Below are positions 9,476 to 19,840 of a stretch of 64,000 nucleotides of DNA, piece by piece. The translations under genes and the position numbers were made by a program. How positions within the stretch are numbered: position 1 is the first letter of the stretch; each line of letters starts with the position of its first letter. The notes under the pieces were generated by a model that made no database searches, had not been told where the DNA came from, and was given only the letters and a program-made list of their open reading frames with translations. Origin of the DNA: Candidatus Nomurabacteria bacterium (lineage in GTDB: Bacteria > Patescibacteriota > Minisyncoccia > Phycocordibacterales > UBA9973); assembly GCA_023267375.1 (NCBI GenBank), contig JAHFNJ010000001.1, positions 85,878 through 149,877 of the forward strand, in the 5' to 3' direction.

Positions 9476-11944
9476 TTACTCCAAAATTTTCCGCAGCACA
9501 TCTTCAGGTACTTCTTTCGGTTTCTTTGTTTTGACTGGTGCGGGTGTTTCCTCAGCCTTTTCAGGTTCTGCTTTCAATTCAGCTTGTTTCTTTGCCTGTT
9601 CTGCCGCTTCTTTTTCAATACGTGCCGCATTTTCAGCATACACCCTCCGCTCTTCATCAAGGCGTGCTTTTTCTCTTTTGATTTCTTCTTCCCGCTCTTT
9701 TAATTTTTGAATTGTTTCGGCTTCAACCTTCTTACGCTCCTCTTCTTCTTTTTGGCGACGTAACGCAGACTCTTTCTCATCTCGTTCTTTTTGTGCCTGT
9801 ATTTCCTGCTCACGCTCTTTTTGTACTCGCTCGCGTCGCTCCTTCTCTTCTTTTTCTTCGCGTTCTTTGAGTATGCGCAATTCCGCTTCCTCGCGCTTTT
9901 TTATTTCATCCCCAGTATCTTTGCTTTCAGCAGGGGCTGGTGGCGGAACAGGAACAGATGAAGAAGAAGGTACACTTGTTGGTGCGTTAGCTTTCATCGC
10001 TCGAGCAATAACATCTTTCAATCCAGAAACATGTTCTTCGGATGCTTCTTTTTTGGAAAATTTACTGAGAGCATCATTAACTGGGGCAGGATCTTTTTTG
10101 AGAGCTGCAAGTGACACCGGTTCTGGTTCTTTCTTTGGAATTTCCGCTTGTACTTCCTCTTTCACCTCTTCCTTGGGACGCGTAGAAAACACTACTCCAG
10201 CATTGTTGAGTGCTGCCGTTAATGCATCCTTCAAATTGGTACGATTTGGAAATTCTTTCTTTGGTCGTTCAGCTGCCTGACCACTCATTGGCGGATTCTT
10301 TTTAAATACTTTTGGCGCGCCACTATCAGCAGGAGCTCCGCCTGAATTGAATGTCGGAGCAATGCTTCGCGGGACAAATGGTTTTTTCGGACCAGTTTCT
10401 TGCGCGCCGAATTCAATACCGAGAGCAGAAAGATCTGCCACTGCACGGCGGTCATCACCTCGCCCCTTCATCATGAATCCCTGCGCTGGCTTCAATTCGC
10501 CGTTCTTAATTTTCAACATACAGTCCTTGCAGTAGACAGGTCGGCCAGGAATCGGTTCAAATGGCACCATGGTTGTCTTTCCGCAGTTTGAACATTCTGC
10601 TTTAAACTTTCCTTCCTCAACCAAATCACCTTCCCCGGTAATCGTCATACCACTCCACTTGTTTATTTCTGCCTCGATCACTCCCCGTGGACGTGTATAC
10701 AAATCGCGAGAAGACTGAATAATCTTATCAACCACTTCTTTCGAGTTTTCAACTTTGATCGGCGGTAATGTTGTCGCAGAAAATGGCCGACTCGTTATGC
10801 CATCAACCATCAGTTTCAAATACACATTATAGTTCGGCAGGTTCACAATATCCTGCGGCGTAAATTCCGGCTCAAATTCATTTTCCAAAAATTCTGCGTC
10901 AGCTGCACCGACACGGAAAATAATCATCGTTCCGACGTTACCGAACACGGCGTCGCGGACAATGGTATTTGATTCGGTCACCAACTGCCCGATGTACTGG
11001 TGCGCGAGCGTAAGGTTCAAGCGGTACTTACGAGCTTCCGAAAGAATGTTTGAAAACGAATCTGTTGCAAAGTTCTGGAATTCGTCGACGTACATGTAAA
11101 AGTCCTTACGATCATCTTCTGGGATACGCACACGTTCCATCGCTGCAAGCTGGATTTTCGTAATGAGCATACCTCCCAAAAGTGCAGAGTTATCTTCACC
11201 GATGCGTCCTTTCGATACGTTCACGAGAAAGATTTTTCCCGAGTTCATGATGTCAAAAATATCAATTGTCGATTTTGACTGACCAACCACGTTTCGAATA
11301 AGTGATGTCGACAGGAACTGCCCGACTTTGTTTTGAATCGGAGCGATTGCTTCGTTACGGAACTGATCGCGCCATGCTTCGTATTCATGGATCCAGAATG
11401 CTTTCACCACCGGATCTTTCAAGTTATTCACAATCGTCTGACGAAACTCCTTGTCCACCAGCAAACGCGGAATACCCAAGAGTGTGGAGCCGGGCGTGTC
11501 CAAGAGCGCCAAAATGGCGTTGTTCAAAATATATTCCATTCGGGCACTCCAAGCATTTGCCCAAATCTTAGTGAAGATGCCCATGAGGCCAGACGCCACC
11601 AAGTGCTTGTACTTAGGATCATCAATCTGAATGACGTTGAAACCGATATGGTAGTCCGTATCAGCAGGGTTGAAATACACCACGTCTTTGACGCGATGCG
11701 GCGGAATTGATTCCAAAATGCCTTCAACCAATTCACCGTGCGGGTCGATAACACAGACCCCCTCGCCATTCTGAATGTTCTGGATAATCATGTTGGAAAG
11801 AAGCACCGATTTACCGGTACCTGACTTTCCCAAAACATACATGTGCTGACGGCGGTCTTTTCGCTTTATGCCGAAGAGACGGTCGCTATTTCGGTAATTG
11901 GTTTTGGCAAAATACGTAATATCCTTTTTGGGATCGAGCTGCAT
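9476..11944 (-). CDS. Soluble TraD/VirD4-like (type IV coupling protein-like) P-loop ATPase of the FtsK-HerA superfamily, with a C-terminal zinc ribbon and a charged coiled-coil tail (ATPase-1)
   Basis: Walker A is GKSGTGKS, followed by VIDPHGE. The Walker B/TraG-D_C-like region reads YVDEFQNF...ARKYRLNLTLAHQYIGQL. No N-terminal TM helices. The C-terminus has CSNCGKTT...YCKDCM (CxxC-x18-CxxC), then a ~250 aa Lys/Glu/Arg-rich low-complexity tail. Paralogous to 22348..23808. Confidence 0.7.
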   Translation of the reverse strand: MQLDPKKDITYFAKTNYRNSDRLFGIKRKDRRQHMYVLGKSGTGKSVLLSNMIIQNIQNGEGVCVIDPHGELVEGILESIPPHRVKDVVYFNPADTDYHIGFNVIQIDDPKYKHLVASGLMGIFTKIWANAWSARMEYILNNAILALLDTPGSTLLGIPRLLVDKEFRQTIVNNLKDPVVKAFWIHEYEAWRDQFRNEAIAPIQNKVGQFLSTSLIRNVVGQSKSTIDIFDIMNSGKIFLVNVSKGRIGEDNSALLGGMLITKIQLAAMERVRIPEDDRKDFYMYVDEFQNFATDSFSNILSEARKYRLNLTLAHQYIGQLVTESNTIVRDAVFGNVGTMIIFRVGAADAEFLENEFEPEFTPQDIVNLPNYNVYLKLMVDGITSRPFSATTLPPIKVENSKEVVDKIIQSSRDLYTRPRGVIEAEINKWSGMTITGEGDLVEEGKFKAECSNCGKTTMVPFEPIPGRPVYCKDCMLKIKNGELKPAQGFMMKGRGDDRRAVADLSALGIEFGAQETGPKKPFVPRSIAPTFNSGGAPADSGAPKVFKKNPPMSGQAAERPKKEFPNRTNLKDALTAALNNAGVVFSTRPKEEVKEEVQAEIPKKEPEPVSLAALKKDPAPVNDALSKFSKKEASEEHVSGLKDVIARAMKANAPTSVPSSSSVPVPPPAPAESKDTGDEIKKREEAELRILKEREEKEEKERRERVQKEREQEIQAQKERDEKESALRRQKEEEERKKVEAETIQKLKEREEEIKREKARLDEERRVYAENAARIEKEAAEQAKKQAELKAEPEKAEETPAPVKTKKPKEVPEDVLRKILE

Positions 11945-11983
11945 ATCGATTGTAGTATAGCATCCCCATCAAACGATTTGAAG

Positions 11984-13675
11984 CTACAATAGCTCCTTTT
12001 GGTAACACTCCTCGCAATAAACTGGACGAGGTTCTTTTTCCGTAAAAAAGGTCTCAAATGTATTGGAGCATTGCCCTGTATGATTGTGAGTTCCAGAACG
12101 GCAATCACATTGACGAGAAACGAGGTCATACCCACCTCGCATAGCTTCACGCTCAGCGTGTCGACAAAAGAAACATTCTGTCGGAATAGGAATAGAAAGT
12201 CTCTTATAGAGGAGTAATTCTTCGGGTAGAATCTTATAATTTCTTTGGCACTTTAGACATGCAAGGATTTCTTTCGTAAAAGAATCACTGACTTCATTGA
12301 TTGAATCTGGAACATCTTCTTGTTTAATTGTTTCCCTACCTCTTGTTTCCTGTATTTCATCTTGCCATTTATACCCTGCATTAAGCGCCTCTTCTTTTGA
12401 AAAAAGAAGCTCTTTCTGTGCTTGGGTTTCATTTACCCCGAATGGAGAATACTTTGTTGGGAAAAATTCCCCCCATTCTCCCCGTGATTTCATGTCAGCG
12501 ACAATTGTTTTATAGAGAGCTAGGTATTCTTCTTTTGAATACTTTTTATTAAGAATAGAGTATTCTCCTTTTTTAATACCCACGCAACCTAATAAATACT
12601 GTGAAGAGTGACAATCAAAACAGTATGCAACGTAATTATTTTTCCACGATTCGAGTGTCGCAATACTATGGTATGAATGATCTGGAGTAATACATTCATA
12701 GGAAAGTTCTGTTTCCCCTCCTACTGTACAGTCATAACATGATTTAAAAGTGACGCCATTATAGACATATTTTGAATCTTCCGAAAAAGATGCGAACATG
12801 GCGTTTTTGGTGTTTTTCGAACGAATCATATCAGTCCCAGTACACGAAACACAATTACGGAGTTCTGCGTACTGGCGAGGCTTATCTTGTAAAAATTCCC
12901 CAAACTCTTGCTTTGCTCTTTTATAACCGATTCGCGTATGTAAATTGTATGAAGCTATTATTTTTTCGTATTCCTCTTTTGAGTACTGTTTATTTTGGAA
13001 ATAGTACTTTTTGTTCCGAAGTCCCGATGACATAAAACAATCCTGACACCCGCGACAGTCGTAACAAAAAGCACAATTGATACAGGCGGTACACCAGTAA
13101 ACACTTTTACAATTTGAAACGCCATTTGCCATCGCTCCATCATAGGTATACTGTGATTCCTCTGCTATACCAAAACAGTCGGATAAATCTTTCCCTGCCG
13201 CAAGAGAGACAGAATTAAAAACGTTTTCGAGCTTCCATGCGATAAAAACCATGGCACAATTCTTTGAAAACGCCACATCGTTCGTATACAGACAATTCGT
13301 ACTGGCTATATCATTGTCATTTATTACGCCAAGTGTCGGCGTTCGTCTATATAAATCGATACATTGTTCAATAAAAGAACGCTTTGGATCATACTCCATA
13401 CCATAATCATATGGATTCCAATTATCACTATGAAAACATTTTGGACACAATAACGAAAATGGTGTGTTCGGTGCATAGATAGAAATAAATTTTTTGCTAC
13501 ATAAACTACACTCTCGAGAATAGAGAGTGCAATCATTTCTCCATGAAAGGCGGCGGATTCTGCGACAATGTGAGCAGAGCGTAGGAGCTGGGACTTCCAT
13601 TTTTTCGTAAAACGAAAAATCATCTGGTTCAATGATAAAATCCTTTTTGCAGTTTTGACAGTTGCGGGTTTCCAT
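11984..13675 (-). CDS. Cys-rich multi-zinc-ribbon protein, paralog A of a five-member tandem family (unnamed family)
   Basis: 563 aa. Two N-terminal zinc ribbons (CQNC..CSHC and CSLC..CPKC). A central region has dense CxxC arrays and an internally duplicated LRNKKY..N.QYSKEEY motif. Two C-terminal zinc ribbons. No signal peptide. ATG at 13673-13675, only 4 nt from the stop of paralog B. Confidence 0.75.
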   Translation of the reverse strand: METRNCQNCKKDFIIEPDDFSFYEKMEVPAPTLCSHCRRIRRLSWRNDCTLYSRECSLCSKKFISIYAPNTPFSLLCPKCFHSDNWNPYDYGMEYDPKRSFIEQCIDLYRRTPTLGVINDNDIASTNCLYTNDVAFSKNCAMVFIAWKLENVFNSVSLAAGKDLSDCFGIAEESQYTYDGAMANGVSNCKSVYWCTACINCAFCYDCRGCQDCFMSSGLRNKKYYFQNKQYSKEEYEKIIASYNLHTRIGYKRAKQEFGEFLQDKPRQYAELRNCVSCTGTDMIRSKNTKNAMFASFSEDSKYVYNGVTFKSCYDCTVGGETELSYECITPDHSYHSIATLESWKNNYVAYCFDCHSSQYLLGCVGIKKGEYSILNKKYSKEEYLALYKTIVADMKSRGEWGEFFPTKYSPFGVNETQAQKELLFSKEEALNAGYKWQDEIQETRGRETIKQEDVPDSINEVSDSFTKEILACLKCQRNYKILPEELLLYKRLSIPIPTECFFCRHAEREAMRGGYDLVSRQCDCRSGTHNHTGQCSNTFETFFTEKEPRPVYCEECYQKELL

Positions 13676-13679
13676 AAAA

Positions 13680-15380
13680 TCAAACTATCTCTTGCTGATA
13701 ACAGCTTTCACAATACACAATCTCAGGTCTATTTGGCGCGTAACCCGTTTTCATAGCATTGCCACATTTATCGCAATTGCGATCATAGAGCTTCGGTGGG
13801 TTTGTTCGATCAAAACGCTCCTTCTGTCGACAAGTTGGACACCGAGAAGGTAGAGGCATACTGAGTTTACGCATTAACGAAAGTTCATTGGAAACAACAC
13901 GGAACGCCTTATTGCAACTTTCACAGGCAATCACTTCGTTAACAATTTCATCTTTTGTTCCGGTTATTGTATCTGGAATTTCATCTGCTTTTTTTGTGAT
14001 AGCGTACTGATTGGTTTCTGGCTCAAGCCAATCCATTCCATAGGCTGCAACTTCTTCTTGTGTCTTTGGAAAATAACGATGCGCAACAGTTTCATTGTAT
14101 GCAAATGGCGAAAAATCAAGAGGTAGAAATTCACCATACTTCCACTCCCTTCCTAATGCATCTATATATGGATTCTTCACCATATCTTCGCGAATGTGCG
14201 CAGCCAACTTTTCATATTCTTCCTTTGAATATTCTTTGTTTAAAATACAGTATTCTTTGCGCTTCAAACTCACACAACCAAAAACATTTTTAGACGCAAT
14301 TGTATATATACAATATTCATTATAAAGCGCGTTCGGCCAACTTTGATAACAAAATTTAACGTTATTTGCTCCTTCTCCTACGATCATACATTCATAAATA
14401 AGTTCTGCTCCATTTCCCCAACCTGTGTAATCGTAACAATCTCGTGCTGATGGAACACTAATCCAACCAATGTATCGCGAATCTTCTACTCCTGAAACCA
14501 TATATGCATTCTTTGCATTTTTTGATTCATACACATAATCCCCGGTAACATTTACATTTAAACTGTTACCACTGTATGCACGACGCGGATATGTATCCCA
14601 GAATGCTCGTGCTTTTTGTTTTATTCCATTGAGGGCCGAGCGAGAATCTAAGTTAAACTCTTTCAATTTCTCAAAATATCCTTCGCGAGAATACTGTTCA
14701 TTAAATATGCAGTAACTTTTATTGCGCAAGTTTACACAACCAAAACAATTCACACACCCAGCACAACTTCGAGAAAACCAAGTATCAGTACATGAATCAC
14801 ATTCTTCAGAAAAAAATGTGTTGTAACACTTATTACAACCAACATCTTCATAGCACAGCTCACAATCCTTCATGCGATAACAATCAGCTGAATCTTTGAG
14901 AGTCATAAGATACGATGAATAGAAGGTGTTCTCGCAGTAATCTGCCCAAAACGTCATATAGGTATTTTTCTGATAAGCTACAGCATTTGTGTATTCACTG
15001 TTCTCAAGAGTCAAATAAGCGCTTTCAAGTGCTGGCCATGGGACCGTATCGAGAAATTCCTTCATCTGCGCAAGAAATGGACGAGTTTGGTCATATTCTT
15101 TCGCATATTCAGTACCATCCCAGTCATCAGCCCACCAGCACTTCTGACAGTAAACAATTCGCTTGCGTTGCGGAGAAAAAACACTAAGCATGTTTTTTTT
15201 TCCACACTTGGCACAATCCCGTTTGTAAAGACTCCAGACATCGTTAAATGAAAGACGTCTGATTAGGCGGCATTCTGGGCACCATGTTGGTGGAGGAACT
15301 TTTATCTTCTCGTAAAAACCAAAATCATCTGGTTCTATCGTAAAATCTTTTTTACAGTTTTGGCAGTTTTTAGTTTCCAT
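13680..15380 (-). CDS. Cys-rich multi-zinc-ribbon protein, paralog B
   Basis: The ORF as given starts at a TTG (15407). The ATG at 15378-15380 gives METKNCQNCKKDF, which aligns with the N-termini of the other paralogs and lies 2 nt after the stop of paralog C. Same architecture as A. Confidence 0.75.
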   Translation of the reverse strand: METKNCQNCKKDFTIEPDDFGFYEKIKVPPPTWCPECRLIRRLSFNDVWSLYKRDCAKCGKKNMLSVFSPQRKRIVYCQKCWWADDWDGTEYAKEYDQTRPFLAQMKEFLDTVPWPALESAYLTLENSEYTNAVAYQKNTYMTFWADYCENTFYSSYLMTLKDSADCYRMKDCELCYEDVGCNKCYNTFFSEECDSCTDTWFSRSCAGCVNCFGCVNLRNKSYCIFNEQYSREGYFEKLKEFNLDSRSALNGIKQKARAFWDTYPRRAYSGNSLNVNVTGDYVYESKNAKNAYMVSGVEDSRYIGWISVPSARDCYDYTGWGNGAELIYECMIVGEGANNVKFCYQSWPNALYNEYCIYTIASKNVFGCVSLKRKEYCILNKEYSKEEYEKLAAHIREDMVKNPYIDALGREWKYGEFLPLDFSPFAYNETVAHRYFPKTQEEVAAYGMDWLEPETNQYAITKKADEIPDTITGTKDEIVNEVIACESCNKAFRVVSNELSLMRKLSMPLPSRCPTCRQKERFDRTNPPKLYDRNCDKCGNAMKTGYAPNRPEIVYCESCYQQEIV

Positions 15381-15382
15381 AA

Positions 15383-17080
15383 TTAAACAATTTCTTTTGT
15401 ATAACAATCCTTACAATAAACGATCGGTTTATTCTTGAGTAATTTAGAGACAGGTGTGGTTTTACCACATTGCACACATTGGCAGGTAGTCATTTTTGAT
15501 TCATCAAGCCACATATCGAGCTTTTCTCCTATGCGACAAAAAGGACACGCTCGTGGAAGCGGAAAGTGTCGGCCACGAAGAAAATCAAGTTCTGCTCTCA
15601 CAATCTTAAACCCTTTTTTACATAAAGTACACTGAATCACCTCTTTTAGAATCGTCTCGTCCACATCTTTGATATTGTCGGGCAAATCTTCGCTTCTTTT
15701 AGTAATTGCATGCTCAGTCGGTGTTTTCTCTTGCCAGTTATAACCATAGCTTACTGCATCACTCTCAGTCATTGGAAATACTCGCTGGGCCACTGTGGCA
15801 TTGTATGTCCAAGGACTTAGTGCTATTGGGAAAAATTCACCATAACGATAGACGTTGCCCCGCTTATCGGTATATGGCATGTCATTCATCTGTTGAATAA
15901 TTTTTCCACGAAGTGCATAAAATTCTTCTTTAGAGTACGGCTTATTAAAAATCGTGTACTCTCCTTTTTTTACACTCACGCACCCGAAAAATCCTCTCCC
16001 ACCAATAGTAAGAAATGAGTACTCCATGTCACTCCCCCCGATTGCACTTAATACACTCCATTTTATATTTTGAGCATTTTCACCTATAGTGAGAGAATCA
16101 TAAGAAAGTTCAGCACCTCCCCACCCAGTAATATCATATGAATCCTTCGTGTCATGTAAAAAATGAAGATACCTACCATCTTGGCACGTAACCAACTCAA
16201 AAGAATCTTTGCAATTTTTTGATTCAAAGATCATGTTCCCTGTGCAGCCAACAGACATGTCATCATAGTAGGCTTTTTGTGGAAACGAATCCCAATGTTT
16301 TTCCGTTTCCTTTTTTATTCCTTGATACTGTGCATACGACCCAAAATCGATCTGATCCAATCTATTAGAATATTCTTCTTTGGAAAGAGGTTCATTAAAA
16401 TAGTGGTATTTTTTATTTCTCAAATTCGCCGACCCAAAACAATTTTGGCAATTAGCGCAATTGCGCAAGAAATGGCAATTCATTGATTCAGTCACTTGAT
16501 TCCGCAACCCGACTCCACCGCTCACTTTAAAGATATGCATTGAGTCATAGCATCGATCGGAGCTCATAACGAGTGACGAATCAAGCATGGTGTTACTATG
16601 CATAATATAAACACCATAGGATGCATCCTCAGTCCAGTCGGTATTAAAAACCAAATAACAATTCTTAAGCGAACCAGTGTAGTTTGTATAGGGAGATGTC
16701 GCAATCACATTCTGCTCAATCGCAAGTGCAAGATGCGGGACTTCGTGCATAAGCTCATCAAACTGCTCAAAAAATGACCGAGAAAAATCGTAGTCGCGAG
16801 CATACGAAAGCGGGTCCCAACCATCGCCCCACCAACACGTCGGGCAATATACTGTATAGTTTGCTTCGAGTGGATACATAGAAATAGTATCTTTCTTACA
16901 TAAATCACAGGGACGTTTGTAGAGCGTTACTAAATTAAAAAAAGCGAGCCGACGCTGCAATCGACACTCTGCACAAAAGGTCGGCGGAGGTACTTTCATT
17001 TTTTCGTAAAAAGAAAAATCATCAGGTTCGATAGTAAACTGATTCTTACAATTCTGACAATTTTTTGTTTCTGAATTCAT
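15383..17080 (-). CDS. Cys-rich multi-zinc-ribbon protein, paralog C
   Basis: 565 aa, N-terminus MNSETKNCQNCKNQFTIEPDDFSFYEKMKVPPPTFCAECR. Shared WW.D.WDP and GEFFP motifs. Both copies of the LRNKKY..N...SKEEY motif are present, as are the C-terminal zinc ribbons. Confidence 0.75.
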   Translation of the reverse strand: MNSETKNCQNCKNQFTIEPDDFSFYEKMKVPPPTFCAECRLQRRLAFFNLVTLYKRPCDLCKKDTISMYPLEANYTVYCPTCWWGDGWDPLSYARDYDFSRSFFEQFDELMHEVPHLALAIEQNVIATSPYTNYTGSLKNCYLVFNTDWTEDASYGVYIMHSNTMLDSSLVMSSDRCYDSMHIFKVSGGVGLRNQVTESMNCHFLRNCANCQNCFGSANLRNKKYHYFNEPLSKEEYSNRLDQIDFGSYAQYQGIKKETEKHWDSFPQKAYYDDMSVGCTGNMIFESKNCKDSFELVTCQDGRYLHFLHDTKDSYDITGWGGAELSYDSLTIGENAQNIKWSVLSAIGGSDMEYSFLTIGGRGFFGCVSVKKGEYTIFNKPYSKEEFYALRGKIIQQMNDMPYTDKRGNVYRYGEFFPIALSPWTYNATVAQRVFPMTESDAVSYGYNWQEKTPTEHAITKRSEDLPDNIKDVDETILKEVIQCTLCKKGFKIVRAELDFLRGRHFPLPRACPFCRIGEKLDMWLDESKMTTCQCVQCGKTTPVSKLLKNKPIVYCKDCYTKEIV

Positions 17081-17141
17081 TTTATATAAAAAGAAACCAT
17101 GAGCGAGATGTGGCTCGCTTTAGCATTTTAAAATCGAATAC

Positions 17142-17447
17142 TCACCGCATCGTCTCAACCATCCATTCTTTATAGCTGTGATTCAATCGACGAATATCAA
17201 CTCCAGCTACAAGCGGTACACTATATGTATGATTTTGGGAAATAATGGTCTCAACTTCCTGCAATTTCGATTCGAGTGTCGTAATCAAAAGAATCGCTTG
17301 CAAATGATCTTTCATTACTCCTTCATACATATATATCGATTCGACAGGCCAAAAATCAACACAGGCCCCCACTTTTCGCGAGATGATGAGTGATCCCAAT
17401 TTTTTCGCTTCGGCTGTGGTTTCGCATGTTGTATAGACAAATACCAT
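17142..17447 (-). CDS. cutA: CutA1-like divalent-cation tolerance protein
   Basis: 101 aa. The motif GACVDFWPVESIYMYEGV...LLITTLES...HTYSVPLVAGVDI...YKEWMVE fits the CutA fold signature. It is followed on the minus strand by the hairpin GAGCGAG-ATGTGG-CTCGCT. Confidence 0.65.
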   Translation of the reverse strand: MVFVYTTCETTAEAKKLGSLIISRKVGACVDFWPVESIYMYEGVMKDHLQAILLITTLESKLQEVETIISQNHTYSVPLVAGVDIRRLNHSYKEWMVETMR

Positions 17448-17580
17448 AGAAATAGAGCCTTTTGGGCTTAATTAGCTTTCGACCTTTACGCTTTCATTAT
17501 ACACCTCAAAAAGCTAATCAATTTGATTGACGAAAGAAGCAAATACTGTATAATTTTTCAAAAATCAAAACTATACTGAA

Positions 17581-18024
17581 ATGAAGAAACTACTGCTCAT
17601 TCTGATGGTTGTCCTGACACAAACAGTGTACGCACAACCCAAAACTACACCTTCCCTTCCTGATGAAGATTACCGTCGCCCACCAATGTCACTCAAAGAA
17701 AAACATGTGTTGGCTATCAAAAACTACATTCCTGACCCGTGCCAGGAATCGTATGTAGTAAACAATAGTACAATTTATCGTTATCGTGATGTAAATAAAA
17801 ATGTGATCTTGTTGTTTCTTCCCAAAGATACAACCGTCGGCTTTGCGGTAGCCACCCACGACACGCTCGGCAATCACATGTTTATTCCATTTACAATCGA
17901 TAAAAAAATGTTCTTCTGGTATCTCGAAGAAAACGATAAAATAACATCGGAAGAAAACCTTGATGCACTGATGGAAGAAATTATTGTTATCTTATGGAAC
18001 AAGGACAAAAAGGCAAGGATGTAG
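17581..18024 (+). CDS. Small secreted protein (147 aa), hypothetical
   Basis: Signal peptide MKKLLLILMVVLTQTVYAQ. No known domain. It is the only plus-strand gene inside the paralog array. Confidence 0.55.
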   Translation: MKKLLLILMVVLTQTVYAQPKTTPSLPDEDYRRPPMSLKEKHVLAIKNYIPDPCQESYVVNNSTIYRYRDVNKNVILLFLPKDTTVGFAVATHDTLGNHMFIPFTIDKKMFFWYLEENDKITSEENLDALMEEIIVILWNKDKKARM

Positions 18025-18034
18025 GAATGTAATC

Positions 18035-18071
18035 TTTAAAGGGATGTTCGCTTTGCGAACATCCCTTTAAA
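18035..18071. terminator. Bidirectional rho-independent terminator
   Basis: TTTAAAGGGATGTTCGC-TTTGC-GAACATCCCTTTAAA: a perfect 14-bp stem between the convergent genes 17581..18024 (+) and paralog D (-). Confidence 0.7.
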
Positions 18072-18097
18072 TTTTAATATTAGCCACTAGACATTTC

Positions 18098-19837
18098 TCA
18101 TATAACTTCCTTTTGGTAGCAACTTTCACAATAAACTTTTTCCGGTCGCTCTGGCGCATAGCTTGTTTCAAATTCATTTGAACACTTACCGGAATGCTCA
18201 TGACTTCCCTCTTCGCACATACATGAACGATGCCAGAGTTTTAGCGGATTACGCAAACGGAGGCGTTTATAGTGTCGGCAATTGGGGCAGTGTCGAGGGG
18301 CAGCAATTGAATTCTTTTTTAAAAACAACAACTCTTCACTGGTTATTCGATATGCCCCCGTACACTGTGTAAGTTCACTTCCCCCTCCAAGACAAGCGAT
18401 GGTCTCATTTAAAATAGAGTTCTCCAGCTCATTTATATGATCTGGCAATTCACTCGCTTGTTTTGTAATTTTATAATCTTTATGTTCTGGTTTTCGAAAT
18501 AAGTATCCTTGAGCCTGTATTTCTTCTTCTTTTTTTGGAAAATATTCTTGGGCAATTGTTTCATTGTAGGCAAATGGCGAAATTTCACTCGGAAAAAATT
18601 CTCCGTATCGATACACCTGCCCCTTTGCATCAAGATACGGTACTGCTCGCATATGCTCTATAATTTTTGGTACCAATGTTTCGTATTCTTCCTTAGTATA
18701 TTGTTTATTCAAAATACAATACTCTTTTTTTCTCAAACCAATACATCCAAAAAGATTTTTAGAGTTGTAACACATGTAAGTATAACGAGTATTAAAAGAA
18801 CTATGTGTCAAAACGGCAAAATACTGATTTGCAGCTTTAATACCCGAATCAATTCCTTCATAGAGAAGCGTCGCCCCTCCACCACAACCATAACCGTCAT
18901 ATCCTTCTTTCAGGTCGATGACATGGGAAATATATTTTGAATCTTCAACTTCTCCGAAAACATCAAAACAGTATTTAACATTTTTTGAATTTCCGATATT
19001 GTCACCAGTTGCATTAACCGATTTGCCGATATTGCCATACTTATGTGGAAACTTTAGTACAAAATCGGAGTATTTTTCTTCAAAATTGGAGAGCGCTTTG
19101 TAACTTCCAAAATCTAAGGATTTTTTTTGATCCATGTATTCTTCTTTAGTGTACTGAGTATTGTAGATGCAATATTGTTTATTGCGAAGATTAATACAGC
19201 CGATACAATCTCGAAGATTTTTAGAGTGTTGCAGAAAAAAAGAATTGATTGATTCATCTGTGTTATATGAATAATGGGTCTGATAAAGGCCAGTACAAAT
19301 AACATCATTGGAGCTTTGCTCAGATTTTTCAACCGTGTCTATATCCATGCAATCTTTAAGTTCAACAGCACCACGAGAGTATGCCACTCTTTCATTGTTA
19401 AACGAGGCAAATGTTAAATAGCAATCTTTGCAATCAGCATTATGGTTGCCATAAGGAGAATTGACGACATTTGTATTTCCTAAATTTGCCAGAGGTACGA
19501 GAGAAAGCAACTTTTGAAATTGCTCAAAAAATGGTCGGGAAAAATCATATTCTTGACCAAACTCTATTGGATCCCATTCATCGCTCCACCAAATATCTCG
19601 ATCGTAGACTACTACCGGCGCCTCGGGGTGGAACATGGTTATCACCTGTTTGCCAGTTTTCGCACAGGTGCGTTTAAAGAGAGACCGTTCATTGCGCCAT
19701 GTTAGGCGACGAATCATTCTACATTCCGGACAAAATGTCGGTGGCGGCACTTTAATTTTCGTATAAAAATCAAAGTCTTCAGGTTCTATTGTGAAGTCTT
19801 GTTTGCAGTTTTGGCAGGTTTTTGTTTGAGAGTTCAT
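18098..19837 (-). CDS. Cys-rich multi-zinc-ribbon protein, paralog D
   Basis: 579 aa, N-terminus MNSQTKTCQNCKQDFTIEPEDFDFYTKIKVPPPTFCPECR. Both ..LRNKQYCIYNTQYTKEEY motifs are present. The C-terminus, CMCEEGSHEHSGKCSNEFETSYAPERPEKVYCESCYQKEVI, resembles that of paralog A. The stop of paralog E is 3 nt upstream. Confidence 0.75.
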   Translation of the reverse strand: MNSQTKTCQNCKQDFTIEPEDFDFYTKIKVPPPTFCPECRMIRRLTWRNERSLFKRTCAKTGKQVITMFHPEAPVVVYDRDIWWSDEWDPIEFGQEYDFSRPFFEQFQKLLSLVPLANLGNTNVVNSPYGNHNADCKDCYLTFASFNNERVAYSRGAVELKDCMDIDTVEKSEQSSNDVICTGLYQTHYSYNTDESINSFFLQHSKNLRDCIGCINLRNKQYCIYNTQYTKEEYMDQKKSLDFGSYKALSNFEEKYSDFVLKFPHKYGNIGKSVNATGDNIGNSKNVKYCFDVFGEVEDSKYISHVIDLKEGYDGYGCGGGATLLYEGIDSGIKAANQYFAVLTHSSFNTRYTYMCYNSKNLFGCIGLRKKEYCILNKQYTKEEYETLVPKIIEHMRAVPYLDAKGQVYRYGEFFPSEISPFAYNETIAQEYFPKKEEEIQAQGYLFRKPEHKDYKITKQASELPDHINELENSILNETIACLGGGSELTQCTGAYRITSEELLFLKKNSIAAPRHCPNCRHYKRLRLRNPLKLWHRSCMCEEGSHEHSGKCSNEFETSYAPERPEKVYCESCYQKEVI

Positions 19838-19840
19838 ACA

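Noticed and set aside
9476-10300. Repetitive GAA/AAG-rich DNA that might be mistaken for a tandem repeat or CRISPR-like array
   Set aside because: It is the coding sequence of the Lys/Glu/Arg-rich coiled-coil tail of ATPase-1. There are no regularly spaced identical repeats. No CRISPR arrays were seen anywhere in the window.
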